From Marinomonas communis (lineage in GTDB: Bacteria; Pseudomonadota; Gammaproteobacteria; Pseudomonadales; Marinomonadaceae), in assembly GCF_004363305.1 (NCBI RefSeq), contig NZ_SNZA01000005.1, positions 269,014 to 301,013 on the forward strand: 32,000 nt of DNA, given 5' to 3'. Positions 1 through 6,583 of this stretch are shown piece after piece. Both the position numbers and the translations under genes were made by a program. Position 1 is the stretch's first letter. Every line of letters starts with the position of its first letter. Under the pieces are notes generated by a model. That model was given only the letters and a program-made list of their open reading frames with translations. It searched no databases and was not told the origin of the DNA.

Positions 1-945
1 GCAAGCGGGAGAGAACCTGTGTTTTCGCAAGGTATGCGTCAAGACTATCCTGAAATAGTTAACCGAGAAGAGGACTTATATCAGAATAGGCAAGACTCAT
101 TACGTGCGAATCAAGCGGTATTTCAACAACAGATTGCTCAACGTGAACAAGAAATTGTTGAGCAAAGGGCACAATTAGAAAACTTTCAAAGTACCTATGA
201 GCTTGCAAGCCAAGAGCTAAGTTTAACAAGGCCTGCATTTGAAAGTGGCGCAGTTTCTCGAGTGGAATTGTTGCAATTGGAGCGTCAGGTCAATCAGCTA
301 CAGGGTGATTTACAGGCTTCTAGATTGGCGATACCTCGTGCACAGTCTGCTCTAGAGGAAGCCCGTACTAAGCTAGCAGAGAGTTCTGCTAAATTTAGAG
401 CCGATGCGCAAGAACAATTGACGGAGGTTAGAGGGCAGTTAGATCAACTTCGAGAATCCAGTGTATCACTTGAGGATAAAGTTGATCGAACATTGGTTCG
501 ATCACCTGTCAAAGGCATTGTAAAACAGGTTCAAATCAATACTGTAGGTGGTGTTATCAAGCCTGGGATGAGTTTAATGGAAATTGTTCCTGTAGACGAC
601 TCCTTGCTAATCGAAGCTAAAGTGCGGCCTGAGGATGTAGGTTTTATTAAGCCTGATTTACCTGCAATGGTGAAACTTACTGCCTATGATTTTTCCATAT
701 ATGGTGGGTTAGAAGCTCAGGTTGAAAATATTTCTGCGGATACTATTCTTGATGAAGAAGGGAATAGTTATTACTTGGTGAAGGTTAGAACCAATAAAAA
801 TTACTTGGGTACGGAGTCTTCACCCTTGTCCATTATTCCCGGTATGCAGTCTTCCGTGGATATCATCACTGGTAAGAAAACAGTTTTAGACTATCTTCTG
901 AAGCCTATCTTTAAAGCGCAGCAAAATGCGTTACGTGAACGCTAG
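1..945 (+). CDS. HlyD-family type I secretion membrane-fusion (periplasmic adaptor) protein, C-terminal part; 5' end lies upstream of the window
   Basis: Frame 1 is open from base 1, so the ORF-track GTG at 19 is not a real start. Long coiled-coil stretch (QQQIAQREQEIVEQRAQLENFQ...LQLERQVNQLQGDLQASR) is followed by the family-typical C-terminus PGMQSSVDIITGKKTVLDYLLKPIFKAQQNALRER. Confidence 0.85.
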   Translation, partial: ASGREPVFSQGMRQDYPEIVNREEDLYQNRQDSLRANQAVFQQQIAQREQEIVEQRAQLENFQSTYELASQELSLTRPAFESGAVSRVELLQLERQVNQLQGDLQASRLAIPRAQSALEEARTKLAESSAKFRADAQEQLTEVRGQLDQLRESSVSLEDKVDRTLVRSPVKGIVKQVQINTVGGVIKPGMSLMEIVPVDDSLLIEAKVRPEDVGFIKPDLPAMVKLTAYDFSIYGGLEAQVENISADTILDEEGNSYYLVKVRTNKNYLGTESSPLSIIPGMQSSVDIITGKKTVLDYLLKPIFKAQQNALRER

Positions 946-1043
946 ATACATATATTTTTGACTGTTTTACAAAAGTTAACATTCAGCTGCAACATTCATA
1001 AATAAAATTAGTGTGTTGTAACGCTTGGATAAAGGGGCGGATC

Positions 1044-1712
1044 TTGAAAGTACTCTGCTGGAATACAAATGATTCAGTCTTAGAGCATTGGAATACAGTA
1101 TGCCCTAAGGGATTTGAATTAGTACAAAGCAATAGCATAGAGACGTCATTTTCACTCATTAATCAAAACGAATTTGATTATTGTTTTGTTTATTTAGATG
1201 ACAATGAGTTCTCCGTGAAAGTAGAGCAGGTGGTGGAGATACGTGAGCGTCACCCATCACTGAAAATTATTGCTTTCCCTCATCTTAGAAGCCAATCTGC
1301 CGCTATTCGTATGCTTTCTAAAGGGGTTAATGGTCAATGTTCCCCTTATATTGCGAAAGAGCAGTTAAAGCTTGTTTTGTCTGTGGTAGATTCGGGTGAA
1401 ATTTGGGGAGGTAAGGATTTCATTCAGCAATTAATTAAGCAATCTAGTACATCGGTTGAGACATCTGATGATTCTATGCCGTTTGAAGGAGTTGATCTTC
1501 TGTCAGAGAGAGAAGTGTCCGTTGCTCGTTTTATTGCTAAAGGGTTAGCTAACAAGGAAGTCGCTAGAGAGCTTGATGTCACAGAAAGAACAGTTAAAGC
1601 CCATCTCACAGCAATATATAAGAAGCTTCATATAAAAGATCGTCTTTCATTGGCGCTACTTGTTAAGAAGGGGCAGCGGTCTCAAGAAGATAGCGTTGTT
1701 GTTAACGGTTAA
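1044..1712 (+). CDS. LuxR/CsgD/VpsT-family transcriptional regulator with a degenerate receiver-like N-terminal domain
   Basis: C-terminal LuxR-type HTH (LSEREVSVARFIAKGLANKEVARELDVTERTVKAHLTAIYKKLHIKDRLSL). The N-terminal about 130 aa is receiver-like but lacks the usual acidic pair and conserved Lys. Start placed at TTG 1044, 6 nt after AAGGGG (1032-1037). The ORF-track GTG at 1011 has no SD, and there is no in-frame ATG before about residue 100. Confidence 0.75.
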   Translation: MKVLCWNTNDSVLEHWNTVCPKGFELVQSNSIETSFSLINQNEFDYCFVYLDDNEFSVKVEQVVEIRERHPSLKIIAFPHLRSQSAAIRMLSKGVNGQCSPYIAKEQLKLVLSVVDSGEIWGGKDFIQQLIKQSSTSVETSDDSMPFEGVDLLSEREVSVARFIAKGLANKEVARELDVTERTVKAHLTAIYKKLHIKDRLSLALLVKKGQRSQEDSVVVNG

Positions 1713-1839
1713 ATACAGTGCATTAAATAAGGTCAATCTTATATTGTAATGTGCTAAGAGTGTGCGTAAAGAAACCTTGTATACAATTTTACTTACTTAA
1801 AATATTGTAAATATTTGAATTATAAGGTTTTTGTTTTTT

Positions 1840-1855
1840 TGGCATGAACTCTGCT
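1840..1855 (+). promoter_or_regulatory. Candidate sigma-54 (-24/-12) promoter of the nasFEDC-nirBD unit
   Basis: TGGCAT-gaact-CTGCT. GG and GC are separated by 10 nt as in the consensus TGGCAC-N5-TTGCA. A T-rich tract lies immediately upstream, and the site is about 150 nt upstream of the nasF ATG. Confidence 0.55.
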
Positions 1856-1885
1856 TTACTCAATACATGCTTAGAACAGTTTGTT

Positions 1886-1945
1886 CCTACAATGACGTAG
1901 GCAAATACATTGAAAGCAAAAGGTTTGGCAAAGGCGCCTGCAACC
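1886..1945 (+). promoter_or_regulatory. ANTAR-type dual hexaloop RNA element (antiterminator) in the nasF leader
   Basis: P1 is CCTAC[AATGAC]GTAGG (1886-1901). P2 is GGC[AAAGGC]GCC (1927-1938), extendable by GGTT/AACC (1922-1925 / 1942-1945). Both loops are 6 nt with A at position 1 and G at position 4. The 3' half of P2 is the 5' arm of the terminator, so the two structures are mutually exclusive. Confidence 0.55.
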
Positions 1946-1977
1946 ATTCATGGATGCAGGCGCCTTTTTTATTTTTT
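1930..1977 (+). terminator. Intrinsic terminator inside the nasF leader
   Basis: GGCGCCTGCA (1933-1942) pairs perfectly with TGCAGGCGCC (1955-1964). An inner CCA/TGG stem closes a TTCA loop, and TTTTTTATTTTTT (1965-1977) follows. The hairpin ends only 31 nt before the nasF ATG, so it lies in the leader rather than upstream of the promoter. Confidence 0.8.
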
Positions 1978-2008
1978 GGACTTTGAAATGGTATTGGAGT
2001 AACAGCGA

Positions 2009-3412
2009 ATGAAAGCCGTATTTAGTACAAAACCAGCCCTATCTAAAGTTATGGGTGCGGTCAAAGTAGCGACAATTGGTGCAACAATTTCTGCATGCTT
2101 GGTGACTCAAGCTTATGCTGAGTTAGGCTACCCAGAAAAAGAGGAACTGAAATTTGGCTTCATTAAGCTAACTGACATGGCACCTCTTGCGATTGCTTAT
2201 GAGAACGGCTATTTCGAAGATGAGGGCTTGTACGTTACCTTGGAAGCTCAGGCTAACTGGAAAGTGCTGCTAGACCGAGTTATTGACGGTCAGTTGGATG
2301 GTGCTCACATGCTGGCGGGGCAACCTTTGGGTGCAACCATCGGCTTTGGTACTCAAGCCCACATCATTACTGCCTTCAGTATGGACTTGAACGGTAATGG
2401 TATTACGGTTTCCAACGAAATTTGGGAGCAGATGAAGAAAAATATCCCTGTCGGAGCTGATGGGAAGGTTGAGCACCCAATTTCAGCATCTGCACTCAAA
2501 CCAGTAGTTGAGTCATACAAAGCTCAAGGTAAGCCTTTCAATATGGGTATGGTATTCCCTGTATCCACCCATAACTACGAGTTACGTTACTGGCTTGCAG
2601 CGGGTGGTATTAAGCCTGGTTACTACGCGCCACATAAAGGTGACATCAGTGGTCAGCTTGATGCGGATGCCTTGCTGTCAGTGACACCACCACCACAAAT
2701 GCCTGCTACCTTAGAAGCCGGCACGATTTACGGTTACTGTGTGGGTGAGCCATGGAACCAGCAAGCAGTGTTTAAGGGTATCGGTGTGCCAGTTATTACC
2801 GACTACGAGATCTGGAAGAATAACCCAGAGAAAGTATTCGGTGTCAGTAAAGGCTGGGCGGACGAAAACCCAAATACCCATATTCGCGTTGTGAAGGCTA
2901 TGATCCGTGCAGCTAAGTGGCTAGATGAAAACAACAACGCCAACCGACCAGAAGCGGTGGAAATATTGTCTCGCTCTGAATATGTCGGTGCGGATTACGA
3001 CGTTATCGCAAACTCCATGACTGGTACGTTTGAATACGAAAAAGGAGACATTCGTGATGTGCCAGATTTCAACGTTTTCTTCCGTCACAATGCTACTTAC
3101 CCATACTACAGCGATGCCATTTGGTACTTAACTCAAATGCGTCGATGGGGTCAGATTTCAGAGCAAAAGTCTGATAACTGGTACATGGACATAGCTAAGA
3201 AAGTTTACCGTCCAGATATTTATGCTGAAGCGGCGAAATCTTTGATCGAAGATGGCGTGATGAATGCATCTGAATTCCCAGACTTCGCAACAGAAGATGG
3301 CTTCAAAGCACCACAGTCAGACTTCATTGATGGTGTTGTCTACGATGGTCGTAAGCCAAACGAATACATCGACAGTTTTGAAATCGGCTTAAAAGCGGAT
3401 CAATCTCTGTAA
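2009..3412 (+). CDS. nasF: Nitrate/nitrite ABC transporter substrate-binding protein (NrtA/NasF/CmpA family)
   Basis: 467 aa with an N-terminal signal-like segment ([13 protein letters not shown]). NrtA-family blocks are present: [48 protein letters not shown]. It is followed by cognate permease and ATPase genes. Confidence 0.9.
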   Translation: MKAVFSTKPALSKVMGAVKVATIGATISACLVTQAYAELGYPEKEELKFGFIKLTDMAPLAIAYENGYFEDEGLYVTLEAQANWKVLLDRVIDGQLDGAHMLAGQPLGATIGFGTQAHIITAFSMDLNGNGITVSNEIWEQMKKNIPVGADGKVEHPISASALKPVVESYKAQGKPFNMGMVFPVSTHNYELRYWLAAGGIKPGYYAPHKGDISGQLDADALLSVTPPPQMPATLEAGTIYGYCVGEPWNQQAVFKGIGVPVITDYEIWKNNPEKVFGVSKGWADENPNTHIRVVKAMIRAAKWLDENNNANRPEAVEILSRSEYVGADYDVIANSMTGTFEYEKGDIRDVPDFNVFFRHNATYPYYSDAIWYLTQMRRWGQISEQKSDNWYMDIAKKVYRPDIYAEAAKSLIEDGVMNASEFPDFATEDGFKAPQSDFIDGVVYDGRKPNEYIDSFEIGLKADQSL

Positions 3413-3430
3413 AGAGTTGATCTAAGTTCA

Positions 3431-3457
3431 GGTGAATGCCTTCTTTAGGCATTCACC
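3431..3457 (+). other. Stem-loop between the binding-protein and permease genes
   Basis: GGTGAATGCC (3431-3440) and GGCATTCACC (3448-3457) form a perfect 10-bp stem with a 7-nt loop and no T-run. It lies inside the spurious 5' extension of the ORF-track permease ORF. Confidence 0.6.
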
Positions 3458-3473
3458 TTGCGGGAGAGAGAAT

Positions 3474-4448
3474 ATGAGCGCATTGGTTCATTCACTAAAA
3501 ACATTTGGTTCACAGCAGTTGTCTGCTTTTCAATTTAAAAATTTACTGATGCCACTGCTAGGTATTGTAGTGTTTTTGTTTGTCTGGCAGGTGGGTGCAG
3601 AACGTATCAATACATCATTGGGTAAGTTTCCTGGTCCTGTTGCCGTTTATGAGCAATGGACTGGATTGCTAGCGGACCATCAGCGAGAGCGTTCTAAGGA
3701 GCAAAGTTTCTATGAGCGCCAAGAAAAGCGAAATGCAGATCGCGTTGCCAAAGATCCAAACTATGTTCCTAAAGTGCGTGAGTACACAGGTAAACCAACC
3801 TTCTTTGATCAAATTTTCACTAGCTTGTATACCGTTTTGGCGGGTTTTGGCTTGGCAACATTGATTGCGATACCGTTGGGCATTGTAATTGGCTTAAATA
3901 GTATGATTTACAGTGCACTAAACCCTATTATTCAGATCTTTAAGCCAGTGTCTCCGCTTGCTTGGCTGCCCCTTGTCACCATGGTGGTTAGTGCGACGTA
4001 TGTGTCTGCTGATCCTATGTTCTCTAAGTCTTTCTTAACTTCGATGTTTACCGTCACGATGTGTTGTATGTGGCCGACATTGATTAATACCGCTGTTGGT
4101 GTGGCTGCGATCGAAAAAGATTTGTTAAATGTTTCTAAAGTGCTGCGTTTGAGCTGGCTGACACATGTCATCAAGATTGTTATTCCTTCTTCGATGCCAA
4201 TGATGTTCACCGGTTTACGTTTGTCGCTAGGTATTGCGTGGATGGTACTAATCGCCGCTGAAATGTTGGCGCAAAACCCAGGTTTAGGGAAGTTTGTCTG
4301 GGACGAGTTTCAGAACGGTAGCTCGAACTCACTGGGGCGAATTATGGTGGCAGTTATCATGATTGGTTTCATTGGTTTCTTGCTTGATCGAGCGATGTTA
4401 TTCACACAACGCCATTTCTCATGGGATAAAACGCAGGTTCTTCGTTAA
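3474..4448 (+). CDS. nasE: Nitrate ABC transporter permease (NrtB/NasE)
   Basis: Multi-pass membrane protein with the NrtB-typical charged insertion (ADHQRERSKEQSFYERQEKRNADRVAKDPNYVPK) and an ABC permease EAA-like region. Start moved to ATG 3474 (GGAGAGAG SD at 3463-3470), because the GTG at 3432 would run through the hairpin. Confidence 0.88.
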   Translation: MSALVHSLKTFGSQQLSAFQFKNLLMPLLGIVVFLFVWQVGAERINTSLGKFPGPVAVYEQWTGLLADHQRERSKEQSFYERQEKRNADRVAKDPNYVPKVREYTGKPTFFDQIFTSLYTVLAGFGLATLIAIPLGIVIGLNSMIYSALNPIIQIFKPVSPLAWLPLVTMVVSATYVSADPMFSKSFLTSMFTVTMCCMWPTLINTAVGVAAIEKDLLNVSKVLRLSWLTHVIKIVIPSSMPMMFTGLRLSLGIAWMVLIAAEMLAQNPGLGKFVWDEFQNGSSNSLGRIMVAVIMIGFIGFLLDRAMLFTQRHFSWDKTQVLR

Positions 4449-4458
4449 GGGGTATAGC

Positions 4459-5301
4459 ATGACACATTTAGATATTAGTAAAGTTTCCATTGAATTCCCT
4501 ACACCGAAGGGCTCTTTTAAAGCGTTAGATGGCGTGAACCTTAAGATTGATAAGGGCGAGTTTGTCTCGTTAATCGGTCACTCGGGTTGTGGTAAGTCCA
4601 CAGTGTTAAACATTGTCGCAGGCCTTTATGATGCAACCGAAGGTGGTGTGCTGCTTGACGGTAAAGAGGTGAGAGGGCCAGGGCCTGAGCGTGCTGTGGT
4701 CTTTCAGAACCACTCATTGTTACCTTGGTTAACATCTTATGAAAACGTTGAACTTGCCGTGAAGCAGGTCTTCAAAGGCAAGAAAAGTAAGAAAGAGATG
4801 CATGATTGGATCATGCACAATCTTGAGTTGGTTCATATGACGCATGCTGCGGATAAGCGTCCATCAGAGATTTCTGGTGGTATGAAACAGCGTGTCGGTA
4901 TTGCGCGTGCCTTGGCAATGGAGCCGAGTGTGTTGTTGATGGATGAGCCATTCGGTGCTTTGGATGCCTTGACGCGAGCACACCTTCAGGATTCCTTGAT
5001 GGAGATTCAGCGTGATTTGAACAACACCGTTATCATGATCACCCATGATGTGGATGAAGCGGTTCTTTTATCAGATCGTATCGTGATGATGACGAATGGC
5101 CCAGCTGCGACGGTTGGTGAAATCCTCCATGTCGATTTAGAACGCCCACGTGATCGTCTTGCGTTAGCGGATGACCCTAAATATGTAGACTACCGTGCTC
5201 AAGTTTTGACTTTCTTGTATGAAAAGCAGCGCAAAGTTGAGCCAATCAGCAAACCTAAAAAAGACGCTAAGAGTGAAGATAAACTGGTAGCGAATAGTTA
5301 G
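4459..5301 (+). CDS. nasD: Nitrate ABC transporter ATP-binding protein (NrtD/NasD)
   Basis: Walker A GHSGCGKST, signature SGGMKQRVGIARAL, Walker B LLMDEPFGALD. Start placed at ATG 4459 after AAGGGG (4447-4452). The ORF-track start at 4363 would overlap the permease gene by 86 nt. Confidence 0.9.
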   Translation: MTHLDISKVSIEFPTPKGSFKALDGVNLKIDKGEFVSLIGHSGCGKSTVLNIVAGLYDATEGGVLLDGKEVRGPGPERAVVFQNHSLLPWLTSYENVELAVKQVFKGKKSKKEMHDWIMHNLELVHMTHAADKRPSEISGGMKQRVGIARALAMEPSVLLMDEPFGALDALTRAHLQDSLMEIQRDLNNTVIMITHDVDEAVLLSDRIVMMTNGPAATVGEILHVDLERPRDRLALADDPKYVDYRAQVLTFLYEKQRKVEPISKPKKDAKSEDKLVANS

Positions 5302-5302
5302 C

Positions 5303-6517
5303 ATGGCGAGTTTGCAAAAGCGTGTTGTTATCATTGGTGCTGGCATGGCAGGCTCTAAGCTTGCCTATGAGTTGTCGACCTTAGAGCATACTCCGTTCAG
5401 AGTGACGCTAATTGGTGAAGAGGCTCAAATTGGTTATAACCGTATTATGCTGTCGTCCGTACTTGCCAAAGAAGTTTCTAGTGAAGAGATCGCTCTGGTA
5501 GATGTTGGTGCAATGTCTCAATATGGTGCGGAAATCTTGTCCAGTGATCCGGTAGAAGAAGCCGATTATGAGTGCAAGAAAGTCCGTTTGCGAAGTGGCA
5601 GAGAAATCGCCTTTGATTATCTTGTTTATGCAACAGGTGCACGCTCATTTTTACCTAATTGGGCGCAAGTTGATGCAAAAAATGTTGTCGGTTTTCGAGA
5701 CTGGAAAGATGTAAATGCCTTGTTATCTCTGGCTTCTGGCTCGAATGTGGCGGTAGTTGGAGGTGGTCTGTTAGGTCTCGAAGCAGCGGTGGGGTTAGCT
5801 AAGAATGGTCATACGCCAACGGTTATCCAGCGCTCAGATTACATCTTAAATCGTCAGTTGGATGCGCGCTCGGCACACTTATTGCAAGACAATTTACAAG
5901 GTAAAGGTGTGAAGTTTCTAACGGGGGCTAACCCTGAATGCTTAGAAGTCGATCACGCTTCCTCGCTTGTGACTGCTATTAAAACAGATAAAGGCCTTAT
6001 CAACGTGGATATGGTTGTTGTAGCGACGGGTATCTCTCCTGAGATCCAAGTAGCTAAGCAGAGTGGGCTGGAAGTGGACCGTGCTATTTTAGTTGGTGCG
6101 GATATGCAGACTTCTGAGCCGGGTGTTTACGCACTTGGGGAATGTTGTCAGTTCGAAACACACACATTTGGCTTGGTGGCGCCAATATGGGATCAGTTAA
6201 ATGTTCTCGTTAAGACGTTACAGGGCCAATCGGCTGAATTCAGTGTACGGCCGATTTCAACCAAACTAAAAGTGTCTGGTGTAGATCTATTTTCTGTTGG
6301 AGAAATACAGAGCGTGCCAGATCAAGAGATCGTATTGTTCGACTCTGGTTTAAATCATTATCGCAAACTAATCGTCAAAGGTGACTGTTTAGTTGGCGCA
6401 ATTCTTTATGGCAACGTCGCCGATGGTAGCTGGTATTCCCAGCTTATTCAGAACGAAACCAATATTTCTGAAATGTTGGAGTTTCTGGCCTTTGGCGAAG
6501 CGTACTGCCAGTCTTAA
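5303..6517 (+). CDS. nasC: FAD/NAD(P)H-dependent oxidoreductase, probable electron-transfer subunit of assimilatory nitrate reductase (NasC-like)
   Basis: Two dinucleotide-binding motifs (VVIIGAGMAGSKLA and VAVVGGGLLGLEAA). It resembles the N-terminal reductase module of NirB and lacks the siroheme domain. The ATG lies 1 nt after the nasD stop. Its position matches nasC in the Klebsiella nasFEDCBA order. Confidence 0.75.
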   Translation: MASLQKRVVIIGAGMAGSKLAYELSTLEHTPFRVTLIGEEAQIGYNRIMLSSVLAKEVSSEEIALVDVGAMSQYGAEILSSDPVEEADYECKKVRLRSGREIAFDYLVYATGARSFLPNWAQVDAKNVVGFRDWKDVNALLSLASGSNVAVVGGGLLGLEAAVGLAKNGHTPTVIQRSDYILNRQLDARSAHLLQDNLQGKGVKFLTGANPECLEVDHASSLVTAIKTDKGLINVDMVVVATGISPEIQVAKQSGLEVDRAILVGADMQTSEPGVYALGECCQFETHTFGLVAPIWDQLNVLVKTLQGQSAEFSVRPISTKLKVSGVDLFSVGEIQSVPDQEIVLFDSGLNHYRKLIVKGDCLVGAILYGNVADGSWYSQLIQNETNISEMLEFLAFGEAYCQS

Positions 6518-6583
6518 AACGCTTTTGAAACTCTAACGTCAGATGTTGCCGGCCAATGAGGTCGAGTTAGTAAGGGGAACATA

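Noticed and set aside
1713-1839. NtrC-type enhancer sites (TGCACC-N5-GGTGCA) upstream of the two sigma-54 candidates, including the GGTGCG half-site near 9497-9502
   Set aside because: Only isolated half-site-like hexamers were found, with no convincing dyad. I cannot call an upstream activator site by eye.
1867-1986. 39-codon ORF (MLRTVCSYNDVGKYIESKRFGKGACNHSWMQAPFLFFGL) running through the nasF leader hairpins, considered as a possible attenuation leader peptide
   Set aside because: No SD precedes the ATG and there is no run of regulatory codons. The dual-hexaloop plus terminator architecture already explains the leader. It is probably a chance ORF.
3432-3473. N-terminal extensions proposed by the ORF track for the permease (GTG 3432) and the ATPase (4363-4458)
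   Set aside because: The first runs through a 10-bp hairpin and lacks an SD. The second overlaps the permease gene by 86 nt. Internal ATGs with good SD sequences (3474 and 4459) give canonical protein N-termini.
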